In this document: positions 1 through 8,315 of the stretch, piece by piece
How the letters are laid out: every line of letters begins with the position of its first letter
How positions within the stretch are numbered: the first letter of the stretch is position 1
Assembly (NCBI GenBank): GCA_035525055.1
Contig: DATLEZ010000040.1
Coordinates: 12,099 to 76,098 of the forward strand
Length of the DNA: 64,000 nt
Source: Acidimicrobiia bacterium
Lineage (GTDB): Bacteria; Actinomycetota; Acidimicrobiia; Spongiisociales; ZC4RG35
Direction of reading: 5' to 3'
Position numbers and translations under genes: made by a program
Notes under the pieces: model-generated
The model's input: the letters and a program-made list of their open reading frames with translations, nothing else
What the model was told of the DNA's origin: nothing
Database searches by the model: none

Positions 1-119
1 ACCAACTCGTGTTTCATCGTCATCGAAACGAGTGAGGACGGCGACGACAACAGGTCGAAGCAACCGGACCCGGCACGAAACACCCAAGGCCAGCACCTTC
101 GAAATCTAGTGTCGTCAAT

Positions 120-1133
120 GTGTTTGCAGGCCGCTACCAGATCCAAGATCGGCTTGGCTCTGGAGGTTTCGGAACGGTTTATCGAGCTTACGATCACAAC
201 CTCGGACGAGAGGTCGCGCTCAAGCTGTTCCGCCAAGCCGACCCCGCAAGCCTCGCCCTGTGGGAAGCGCGTGTTTTGGTGGCGTTGGAAAGCGACCACG
301 TGTTGCGGGTCCTGAATGCTGGCATTCATCAGGACATCCCGTTCCTTGTGACCCTGGTGGCTGCTCTACGGTCGACCGAGGATCAACTCACGGTTCAGCC
401 CAGGGGGATAAGAGCCGACCTGGTCATCCGATGGAGTCGCCATTGTCTGATCGGGGTTCGCTTGTGCCACGAGTACCAACTCGTCCATCGCGACATCGCA
501 CCGTCCAACATCTTTCTCGACAGCGAGCATCACGCGCGTTTGGGAGATTTTGGTGTAGCCGCGACAGTTGCGGCCGATGGCACAGCTCCCTCGCAAGGCA
601 AACTTCGAATTCGGGCGCCGGAGGCCTATACCGATGGTCATGTCACGCAGCAATCGGACCTCTACTCAGTCGGTGTGACAATGTGGAGGCTCATCACTGG
701 GGCATGGCCTTTCGAAGCAGAAACAGATGCAGCTCTTATTGATGCGATTGTGAATCAGAGGCTCGTTCGATTGCGTGACCTGGCTCCGCACGTGCCTCAA
801 CGCCTGGCGCTCTTTGTAGAACATGCGATGGCGAGGCAACCCGAATCCCGTTACAGGCATGCCGCTGAGATGCTTGACTCCCTTGCGAGATTGGCACCAC
901 TTCGGCGCGCATGGGTTGAAGTGGCTCCAGGCCCTGGCGAAGACAGAGTTTGGCGGAGTTTCGCCACCAACACGCAATCGCCTCTCGTGGTTACGACCTC
1001 AAACCCCGGACGAGGAACGTGGACTGTCGTAACCCGATGGCAACATTCAGGACGCAGACTCCGAGACTTCTGTTCCAACGGGCCGAGGGCCACACTAGGC
1101 AGTCGACTGCGATCGATATTTGACAACGCTTAG
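120..1133 (+). CDS. Hanks-type Ser/Thr protein kinase, soluble, with a ~70-aa C-terminal tail of unknown function
   Basis: GTG-start 337-aa ORF. Ordered kinase motifs: GSGGFGTVY (Gly loop), VALK, HRDIAPSN, DFG, APE. Confidence 0.85.
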   Translation: MFAGRYQIQDRLGSGGFGTVYRAYDHNLGREVALKLFRQADPASLALWEARVLVALESDHVLRVLNAGIHQDIPFLVTLVAALRSTEDQLTVQPRGIRADLVIRWSRHCLIGVRLCHEYQLVHRDIAPSNIFLDSEHHARLGDFGVAATVAADGTAPSQGKLRIRAPEAYTDGHVTQQSDLYSVGVTMWRLITGAWPFEAETDAALIDAIVNQRLVRLRDLAPHVPQRLALFVEHAMARQPESRYRHAAEMLDSLARLAPLRRAWVEVAPGPGEDRVWRSFATNTQSPLVVTTSNPGRGTWTVVTRWQHSGRRLRDFCSNGPRATLGSRLRSIFDNA

Positions 1134-1386
1134 CGAGGCGCCGAATCCGCGCATCTCATCGAACTCGAAGACTCAAATAGGACAGGAGATAACTGGACGG
1201 GCGGCGGAGTCGCTCTACTCAGTCATTCGCTGGATATTCGCTTGCTTGCACACCGTTAGGCCCTGCTTGCTTGCCAAGCATCCAAGGGCGCCGAGTCGTC
1301 TGGCGATGTCGTATAGGATGACCGGCTGGCTGGTCCAGGAGTGAGGGGTCCAGGATTGGCCACGCCTCCTTTGAGGGCGACGATTA

Positions 1387-1671
1387 TTAGCGGGGCGAGG
1401 TCCGCGTTCGAGGAGGTCGCGCGGCGTCGTAATGAACTCGGCACAGCCCTCGACCAACGTGGCGACGGCCGCAGCCTTCGACCGAGCAGAGCCGCGGGGA
1501 CCGAAGGAGAGCAGGACCGCTCGACCCTCGGTACGAACGGACCGGGCCGAGGGGATCACCCAGCCGGAGGAAGCGTTGGTAATGCTTTGGACACCAACCG
1601 CGGGAGACCCGCCGTTCCGAGCAGCCCTCGATCGAGCAAGGACGAATCCCCCAAGTGTCAGCCTTCGCCAA
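1387..1671 (-). CDS. Small Cys/His-rich protein with a duplicated zinc-finger-like motif (the type usually found N-terminal to HNH nucleases; no nuclease domain here)
   Basis: 94 aa with two copies of C-x2-EGC-x7-G-x-C-x2-HY (CSIEGCSERRVSRGWCPKHY and CSVEGCGRRHVGRGLCRVHY). Confidence 0.5.
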   Translation of the reverse strand: MAKADTWGIRPCSIEGCSERRVSRGWCPKHYQRFLRLGDPLGPVRSYRGSSGPALLRSPRLCSVEGCGRRHVGRGLCRVHYDAARPPRTRTSPR

Positions 1672-1683
1672 TCGCCCTCCTAA

Positions 1684-1881
1684 TCACTGCGCTCGAGCCT
1701 TACCCGCAGCTGTCAGCCGGTCCGCTCCCAACCCGGTCGACTCGGTGTAGCCGGCGGCACGGGCGAAGTTCCAGGCGCCTCTGACTTCATCCTCAGTGTG
1801 GCCGGCCGCCATCAACTGCTGTGAGGCGAGGCGGGGGTCGGGTCCGGCGAGGATCGCCAGCAGTCGGTCGACGAGTTCCAT
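1684..1881 (-). CDS. Hypothetical small protein (65 aa)
   Basis: ORF 12 nt upstream of 1387..1671 on the same strand. No recognisable motif. Called only from position and length. Confidence 0.3.
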   Translation of the reverse strand: MELVDRLLAILAGPDPRLASQQLMAAGHTEDEVRGAWNFARAAGYTESTGLGADRLTAAGKARAQ

Positions 1882-1972
1882 GGTTTAGAGCCTCCATGGG
1901 CTGCCGTACCTCCTGGGGGAGACGATAGCGACAATCAGATAGTCTCATGCCTATACGAGGGGGTGCCATCCT

Positions 1973-2545
1973 GTGCGTCGAGGTTTGATCCTGACCCTGA
2001 TCTTGGTCGCGTGTAGCGGGACCGCGTATACAACCACCCTGGCGCCTGAGACCGCCACCAGCCGTGCAACTACAACGGCTCCGACGACCACGATGGTGCC
2101 GATCGCTCCCTTGGGTATGTCAGTTGCTGACATCGCTAACCGTTGGAACGCGGCCGCGGCAGAGGCATCGAGCGATCGACTCATCAACGGGGCAATACCG
2201 GCGGTCAGGACAGCGGATGGTTACTCCGCCCACACATGGACGTTCACGGATCGACTGACCCTTGAAGCCATTAGCGACGGTGCGGAAGTGGGCGAACTCA
2301 TTCTGAGGTTGGTACCAGCTGGTGCCGAATCGGATGCCGACTCGACCTTGGCAATGCTGACCGACATTCTCACGTTTCTAGTCACTGTCGATTCAGCTTT
2401 GGAGGCAGGGTCACGGGGTGACATCCTCCAGGACTTGGTCCAACTCAACGGGATTGATGTCGATACGGAGGTCACCCGCAATGGGATCGTCTACTCGATG
2501 AACAATTCCAGCGGGCTGATTGTTCTGAGCGCCTCCCGGCCCTGA
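1973..2545 (+). CDS. Putative lipoprotein
   Basis: GTG start. N-terminus MRRGLILTLILVACSG has a signal peptide plus lipobox (LVAC), followed by a Thr/Ala-rich linker. Confidence 0.6.
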   Translation: MRRGLILTLILVACSGTAYTTTLAPETATSRATTTAPTTTMVPIAPLGMSVADIANRWNAAAAEASSDRLINGAIPAVRTADGYSAHTWTFTDRLTLEAISDGAEVGELILRLVPAGAESDADSTLAMLTDILTFLVTVDSALEAGSRGDILQDLVQLNGIDVDTEVTRNGIVYSMNNSSGLIVLSASRP

Positions 2546-2558
2546 AAGGTCCGGGTAC

Positions 2559-3149
2559 ATGGAAGGCAATCACCAGCCACTCGTCGCACCTCCGCGACGG
2601 AACATAGAAAACCACCGGGATGCAGAGTTGTTTGTAGCGGAATGGATGCATTGGCTCGGCTGGGCAGGGGCGTCGGCAACCGCCCCTACCTCAGATGGAG
2701 GTGTTGACGTTGCCTCCAGCGGCGCCGTGGCTCAGGTCAAGTACGGTTCAGCCAGGGTCGGGCGTCCGGCGCTTCAGGCCCTCTTTGGCGCTGCCCAGGC
2801 TCTCGGCAAGCGCGCACTCTTCTTCTCTGCAGGTGGGTTTTCGCCTCAAGCGATCACCTGGGGGAACCAAGTAGGCATGGCCCTATTCGGTTTTGACTCG
2901 ACCGGCGAGGTGCGAGCGGTCAATTCCGCCGCAACGGCCCTGTTGCGTGAGGCGAAGGGCCTGCCCCCACCCCGCAACTGGACGTGGCTGATCTTTGTGA
3001 TACTGCTTGTTCCAGTCGCTTATTGCGGGAAGGTCGGATTCGATATCGCCGGCTTTTGGGGTTCGTTCTTCGGAGCCCTCCTTGGGATGGCAATATCCGG
3101 CGGAATTGCCAACTCCATCCAGGCCTTGGCTAAAGGTCTGAAGCCCTGA
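2559..3149 (+). CDS. Mrr-cat type restriction-endonuclease-like domain fused to two C-terminal TM helices
   Basis: PD-(D/E)xK-like core SDGGVDV...AQVKY with flanks typical of Mrr_cat. C-terminal hydrophobic helices WTWLIFVILLVPVAY and FFGALLGMAISGGIA. Confidence 0.65.
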   Translation: MEGNHQPLVAPPRRNIENHRDAELFVAEWMHWLGWAGASATAPTSDGGVDVASSGAVAQVKYGSARVGRPALQALFGAAQALGKRALFFSAGGFSPQAITWGNQVGMALFGFDSTGEVRAVNSAATALLREAKGLPPPRNWTWLIFVILLVPVAYCGKVGFDIAGFWGSFFGALLGMAISGGIANSIQALAKGLKP

Positions 3150-3422
3150 GAACGCGCCAGAACGGACCCCCTCGAGTAGCCCCCTCAGGCTCTGGCAACT
3201 TTTGGTGACGCTTGCTTGGGCACCGCGGTGGCGCTTGCTCGGACACCCCGGAATTGGGTGCCGCTTCCCTCCTGAACCCGCGTAGAAGGACAAGGACCTA
3301 CTTCAAGGAACCTCGGCAAGAGTCGGCTGTCTCCCGGCGAGACCGTGATATCACCTTTCATTACCAGCACCCCCGGTTAGTCTTCTCGGACGAGAGCCAT
3401 GACATGACGCGCCTGCCCGCCG

Positions 3423-4262
3423 TTGCCTTGCGATCTCCAGTTGCCCAGGATGCTTGACGATCTACCCAATTTTACCAATCCGCCGGTTGTCGAGCGAGCA
3501 CTCTCAGTCGCTTTCTCTCCACTGGAAGGACTCTCGATCGCCCACCTGGCCAAATTCTGGTCCCGGGTAGAAAAGGAATTTCCTCGAGCCCACAGTCAAC
3601 CGCCCTATGAGATGCCAATAGAGCGACTAGACGGGCCGCCGGGTCTGCCCAGTATCGAGCTCCGTCTGGAGACAACGATTCGGCCTCGCATGCTGTTCGT
3701 AACCGAGGATGACCAAGAACTGATCCAGGTTCAAGCAGATTGGTTCGCGTTCAATTGGCGGCGGCCTTCGGGGGCATCGGTCGAATACTCAAGATACCCA
3801 ACCGGGCGCGAGAGGTTCGAGACGTACTTCGACAAATTCCTAGCGTTCGTTGAAGAGACCCAAACAGGCAAGATCGTTCCGCATCAATGCGAAGTGACTT
3901 ACATCAATCATGTTCCGTCTTCCTTGTCCGAGCTCGATCAGTTGTCTCAAAAGGTAACTCTGGTCAATTCTCCGGATTTGGCTGCGCCCGCAAGATCGGT
4001 TGAAGGAGTCCAGTACGCGATGTCGATGCGACTCTCGGATCCCAACTTGGGCGACTTTGGGCGACTCCATCTTCAAATCCAACCTGGCGCTACCAGTGAC
4101 GGTAAGTCGTTGTACGTCATTACTTTGACGGCCAGAGGACGGCCGCTTGGACACGGAACTGAGGGCGTTCTTGGCTTTTTCGACCTTGGTCGCAAAGCAA
4201 TCGTCCGCAATTTTGTTTCGTTTACGACCGAGTCAATGCATCGTGTCTGGGGACTCTCGTAG
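3423..4262 (+). CDS. TIGR04255-family uncharacterised protein
   Basis: N-terminal FTNPPVVERALSVAF... block matches my recollection of the TIGR04255 N-terminus. The true start may be the ATG at 3450 rather than the TTG at 3423. Confidence 0.55.
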   Translation: MPCDLQLPRMLDDLPNFTNPPVVERALSVAFSPLEGLSIAHLAKFWSRVEKEFPRAHSQPPYEMPIERLDGPPGLPSIELRLETTIRPRMLFVTEDDQELIQVQADWFAFNWRRPSGASVEYSRYPTGRERFETYFDKFLAFVEETQTGKIVPHQCEVTYINHVPSSLSELDQLSQKVTLVNSPDLAAPARSVEGVQYAMSMRLSDPNLGDFGRLHLQIQPGATSDGKSLYVITLTARGRPLGHGTEGVLGFFDLGRKAIVRNFVSFTTESMHRVWGLS

Positions 4263-4723
4263 TGGCATCTGTCAGGGTGAGTTCGTTAATGGATCCCAAA
4301 TCCGCTCAGACCTCATCGCCATCAGGATGGGACCTTGGCGGAGGGGCAGGTATCGTCGCTGTTACCTTCTGGACTTCGAGTCAGCGGGATCCGTGGCACC
4401 CGTATGCAGTCGACCGGATCAAACGAGCGTTTATTCGTCTTGACGATTGGGACGGAGAGGGGTCGCTGGCGGTAACTCCCATCGCCGCTAGAAGGGCAGC
4501 CCGACTCGCCGAGGTCCTAGATGATGCGGACCTCATAAGACCATTCGTAACGTCAGGAAGCGAAGGCGGAATCATATTTGAGTGGGTAACCGCTGATTTC
4601 TCCTTGGAGCTCGAAGTGACGCCAACCGGGCGCCTTGAAGGCTCTTACCGAGATCCAACACAGTTCTGGCGAGCCGACGCAACTGATCCCAGGGTCCAGG
4701 AAGCTCTATCTCGGCTCCGATAG
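4262..4723 (+). CDS. Hypothetical protein (153 aa), translationally coupled to 3423..4262
   Basis: GTG start overlaps the upstream stop (TAGTG). No recognised domain. Confidence 0.45.
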   Translation: MASVRVSSLMDPKSAQTSSPSGWDLGGGAGIVAVTFWTSSQRDPWHPYAVDRIKRAFIRLDDWDGEGSLAVTPIAARRAARLAEVLDDADLIRPFVTSGSEGGIIFEWVTADFSLELEVTPTGRLEGSYRDPTQFWRADATDPRVQEALSRLR

Positions 4724-4741
4724 GGCCCCGGCGGAGGGTGC

Positions 4742-5212
4742 TTGCCCAACCAATACGAGTCCCCTTACGTCGACGATGTATCTCTTCCGTTGGGCCTGAT
4801 TGTGTACCGAGCTGTCAACCCCACATTCGTGGACTGGCTCGCCCTCGATACGACAGGCAATCCTCGGATGAACTCGAACGTTTTCGGAGATTACTCAGCG
4901 GCTAAGGCGGCGGAGCTGGGCTACCCAGGTCCGGCCATGTCGGTATGCACGGACGACATTCTCACGTCCGAGAACCAACCCATCACTAGGGTTCTCGATC
5001 GTTTCGACGACAACTATGGGATTGCCGAGTTCACAGTCGCGAGTCTAAGGTCCGTGACACCTCCACTTGGAATGTGTCGGGATCCAAAGCCTCAAGCCCC
5101 CTGGCACGCGTTGGTTTTCGCAACAACTCGCCCACGGCTCGATAGTGAGAAGGCAGCTCTTCGCAATATGTCACGTCTCGTTCGACTTCCGCGACGCTTA
5201 GATGGTGAGTAG
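4742..5212 (+). CDS. Hypothetical protein (156 aa)
   Basis: TTG start just after GGAGGG, 18 nt after the previous stop. No recognised domain. Confidence 0.45.
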   Translation: MPNQYESPYVDDVSLPLGLIVYRAVNPTFVDWLALDTTGNPRMNSNVFGDYSAAKAAELGYPGPAMSVCTDDILTSENQPITRVLDRFDDNYGIAEFTVASLRSVTPPLGMCRDPKPQAPWHALVFATTRPRLDSEKAALRNMSRLVRLPRRLDGE

Positions 5213-5380
5213 CTCCTACGTATTCACCTTGGAGCGGACCCTTGTTGAACAACTGTCCGTCTTCCTAAATCTTCTCTAATCACCTTCTCCGCCGACAGGG
5301 CATAACTGGACAAGTTGCGGAGACGGAACAACCGGACTTTCCTTGAGTTTTCAGCCACTAGCACAGCGGAAAGTCCGGGT

Positions 5381-5422
5381 TGCTTGCAAAGCAGGCGCTC
5401 TGCCGGGCTGAGCTACGTCCCC
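5381..5422 (-). pseudogene. Truncated tRNA-Ala(TGC): 5' 42 nt only
   Basis: The minus strand reads GGGGACG TA GCTC AGCCCGGCA GAGC G CCTGC TTTGCAA GCA. This gives the acceptor 5' strand, a complete D arm, and an anticodon stem-loop with TGC. The match stops 3 nt into the 3' anticodon stem and no T arm follows. Confidence 0.6.
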
Positions 5423-5554
5423 GGGATGGGTTGGAAACGCGGTTGGAAACCGGCACGACCGACCCGTTAGGCACAGATTAGGTGGCCCTACAGCGCATAA
5501 CTACGGTCGGAAGCTGTCAGGGAGACAGCGGGAGCCCATACGGGCGCGGGCAGT
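5415..5554 (+). repeat. Conserved element, copy A (right arm only; left side replaced by the tRNA-Ala fragment)
   Basis: ACGTCCCC-GGGATGGGTTGGAAACGCGGTTGGAAACCGGCACGACCGACCCGT...ACAGCGCATAACT...hairpin...GGGCGCGGGCAGT. Near-identical blocks occur at 10060-10213 and 13414-13560. Confidence 0.8.
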
Positions 5555-5586
5555 AGCCCTTCAGTCAATCAGCGGGAAAGGGAGGG

Positions 5587-6102
5587 CTAAGCGCTACGTT
5601 CGAGGGCGAGAGCCGCAGTCGACGTGTCGCTCAGGGCCGGGGCGAAGAATGCCTCGGTCTGAGCGTTGCGATGCGCCTGCCAGGCCAACATCGACAACTG
5701 GCCCTTCTCGAAACCGAAATGGTGGAGCCGTTCCCGAGGCAGATGATCATCGACGATCCGGTTAGCCGACTCGGCCGAAGCTCGCAGTCGTCGCTGGATC
5801 TCTACGAAGACAGGATCGTGTTCAGGGAATGCACGCAGATGTTCTGCGCGGTTGTAACCGGTTAGGACATCTTCAGACGTCTGGTCAAGGCGGATCCGGA
5901 TGTACCCGTCGTTCTGCCCGGGGGCCTCATCGATGACACCGTATTCGGCGGAGAGCCGGAATCCATCACCAGTCCTTGAGTCCCTCAGAGAGCCCCTTCC
6001 GAACCGGCCCGGACACCCGACTTCCACAGGGCTGAAGTAAGTGTTGAACACCACGCGGACTCTTGGGCATGAAGCTGGCCAGGTTCGATTCGGTGAGGTC
6101 AA
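5587..6102 (-). CDS. Hypothetical protein (171 aa)
   Basis: ORF 14 nt downstream of 6116..7210 on the same strand. No motif recognised. Start uncertain. Confidence 0.35.
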   Translation of the reverse strand: MTSPNRTWPASCPRVRVVFNTYFSPVEVGCPGRFGRGSLRDSRTGDGFRLSAEYGVIDEAPGQNDGYIRIRLDQTSEDVLTGYNRAEHLRAFPEHDPVFVEIQRRLRASAESANRIVDDHLPRERLHHFGFEKGQLSMLAWQAHRNAQTEAFFAPALSDTSTAALALERSA

Positions 6103-6115
6103 GGCCCGTGTCGTG

Positions 6116-7210
6116 TCAAGTCGACTCTCGCACCCAGACCGAGAGGTTGGCCGGCTGCATCGTCACGCTCGCCACCAACTCCAACTCCCGAGCTACCTGC
6201 CCCAAGTTCACTTGCGAAGCCAAGCGCCGAGCAAACGACTCCATCGTCGCTTCGCTGTCATACCGGAAACGATTGAACCGACGATCCACCACGCCCTGGA
6301 CTCTTCGGCGCAACGGGTTGAACAACGCGGCCGCCAATAACGTTGAACCCGCCACCGCCACCTCGCCCTGCGAGGGCAACATCCTTCCCAACACAAACAC
6401 CGCCCCCAAATAGACCCCGGCCAGAACCGCTGTCAACACTCCATAGCTCACCGTCCTCGAAATGATTCGATCGATCTCATACAGCCGGTACCGCAAAACC
6501 GCAACAGCGATCGCGATCGGAAGCAATCCCATGGCCACCGGAACTGCCGTCGCCTGGAGGGACTCGTTTTGCAGCTCTCCCAGCATGACGGCCACCGGCA
6601 GTAGGGCGGCGGCGCTAATAAACCACTTGAGCTGCTCGCGCTCCGTGGATTCGCCCATTCGAAAACGGCTAACCAGAGATGCCACGCCTCCCGCCAGCGA
6701 GCCAAAGAGGAAGATGGCGGCCACCCCGACGAGACTTGGTATCCAGAGGTTTCCAATGACCGCGGCGGGCACGAAGGCGGCGCCGGCCCAAACCACCCAC
6801 CACCAGCGTCGGTTCGGCGGCCGTCCGGTCGGGAATAGGACGAGCAATGGGCCTAACACCAGGCCGAGCCCGGCGAACAAGACCACCGAGAGGATCACCT
6901 CGTTCACTTCCGGTGAACGCCCCAACTGCCCAATCCATTCGGCAGCATTCACGATTGCAAACATGAGCCCGGCAGTCGATAGAAGCCAACCGATGCTGTG
7001 GTCGGGTCTGCGGACTGCCAGAAGCCACCCGGTGATCGTCATACTGGACACCGCGAACAGGAAGGGTATGTCGCGCCACCCTGAGCCGGTCGTCAAGAAC
7101 CAGATCGCGCTGGCGGCGACCGTCGCTGTTAGCAAACCGATGGCGACAACTCGCGCCCGGGTCACGTCGTGCATCGTACCTCCGACCAAGAGGTTGCCTC
7201 CCCCCATCAT
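6116..7210 (-). CDS. Polytopic membrane protein with a conserved C-terminal cytoplasmic block (paralog of 10395..11564)
   Basis: Many hydrophobic helices, then LRYRLYEIDRIISRTVSYG...LFNPLRRRVQGVVDRRFNRFRYD...MQPANLSVWVR. The same blocks occur in 10395..11564. Confidence 0.7.
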   Translation of the reverse strand: MMGGGNLLVGGTMHDVTRARVVAIGLLTATVAASAIWFLTTGSGWRDIPFLFAVSSMTITGWLLAVRRPDHSIGWLLSTAGLMFAIVNAAEWIGQLGRSPEVNEVILSVVLFAGLGLVLGPLLVLFPTGRPPNRRWWWVVWAGAAFVPAAVIGNLWIPSLVGVAAIFLFGSLAGGVASLVSRFRMGESTEREQLKWFISAAALLPVAVMLGELQNESLQATAVPVAMGLLPIAIAVAVLRYRLYEIDRIISRTVSYGVLTAVLAGVYLGAVFVLGRMLPSQGEVAVAGSTLLAAALFNPLRRRVQGVVDRRFNRFRYDSEATMESFARRLASQVNLGQVARELELVASVTMQPANLSVWVREST

Positions 7211-7245
7211 CTCGTTCCCTACCCGGTCGACGAGGACCTCCAGGA

Positions 7246-7872
7246 TTAAAAGAGAGCCGGCCCAGTGGAAAGGCTATCCTCCCGCCGAGGAGGGACGACG
7301 AAGCCTGGGATGTGGGCAGGGGCGAACGGTACCGAGACGATGGCAGCGGCCTTGAGCGGCTGGTGGCGGTTCTGCGCTCTGTCGAACAAGAACCCGGTCC
7401 ACCCAACCTCTTCGGCGTAATTGGAGAGCACGAAGGCGAAGACCAGGCTGGGCAGGATCAGGGTGAAGAATCTCGCCCAATTCTCTGTCACCGCGGTCAA
7501 TGGAAGCGTGCCGGCCAACCCGGTTGCAAGGAGGAGGGTGAGGACGGTGGGTCCCAGGAGCGCGAGCAGATACCAGCCGATGCCGACCCGCCAGCGCAGG
7601 CACCGGTGGGCGAGATCCCGCATTCCGGCCTTTCCTCGCACCGCCGACGTGACGATGAATGCCGGAACCGCGCTGCCAAGGACGTGGGCGAGTAGGTCGT
7701 ACGGGGCGTGCTCGTAGGGGAGCAGGTCTCGTCGGGTCAACGCTGGCGACAGGGCGGTCGCCACAGTGACGACATAAGCCATGACGAGGAATGCGGCGAC
7801 AGGGTGGCGCGCAATCCACATCCGAATCGGTGAGTACCAAGGGGCCCTGGGTTGAAGGGTGTCGTCGGACAT
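7246..7872 (-). CDS. CPBP (CAAX-protease-like) family membrane protein, possibly C-terminally truncated
   Basis: Multi-TM ORF with AEEVGWTGF (EExxxR-like motif 1, R replaced by T) and FAPAH (FxxxH). The later His motif is not seen before the stop. Confidence 0.45.
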   Translation of the reverse strand: MSDDTLQPRAPWYSPIRMWIARHPVAAFLVMAYVVTVATALSPALTRRDLLPYEHAPYDLLAHVLGSAVPAFIVTSAVRGKAGMRDLAHRCLRWRVGIGWYLLALLGPTVLTLLLATGLAGTLPLTAVTENWARFFTLILPSLVFAFVLSNYAEEVGWTGFLFDRAQNRHQPLKAAAIVSVPFAPAHIPGFVVPPRREDSLSTGPALF

Positions 7873-8315
7873 GTCCCCGATCCCGCTTCGGGCGGCGCTT
7901 CACAAGGCTACTCCCCGGGAGATTCCCGATGTCGGGGTCTAGCCTCGGTCGTGTGGGGTTGGAAACAGAACCATTTCGAAGCGAAGCGCGGGGCCATGGG
8001 CAGCCACGGTCTGAGCCAATGAAACCGAGTGGGTGATCCGACGGTCCCACCCGGTCCGTGGATATAGGGCGCAATCGGCATCTCGCCCAACCGGGCGGAG
8101 GCTCCGCTCAAGGGGGGCGGCACATCGTCCCTGTCAGTTTTGCCTGTATCGGATGTGACAGCCCCACGTGAGGTAGGCCGATTCACGACCCGACACCCAC
8201 GTCGCGTCGCCCGGAAAGGCGGCTCAGTTGCGATCGGTTCGAATCGGACCACCCGAGTAACATCCGGGTCAGCAGATCCCTGCTTCGCCTCCTCCTCGGA
8301 GTAGCAAGAGTCCCC

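Noticed and set aside
6-32. Hairpin CTCGTGTTTC...GAAACGAG at the window start
   Set aside because: It is short and imperfect, and it is cut off from its upstream context by the window edge, so it cannot be interpreted.
5319-5422. Functional tRNA-Ala
   Set aside because: The acceptor, D arm and anticodon loop are fine, but the anticodon stem has only 3 bp and there is no T arm or TTCGA loop. It is not a canonical tRNA, so I kept it as a fragment or tRNA-like curiosity.
7955-7975. Fourth copy of the repeated element in the cyclase 5' region
   Set aside because: Only an 11-nt match (GGGTTGGAAAC) is present, with no similarity beyond it. That is too short to call.
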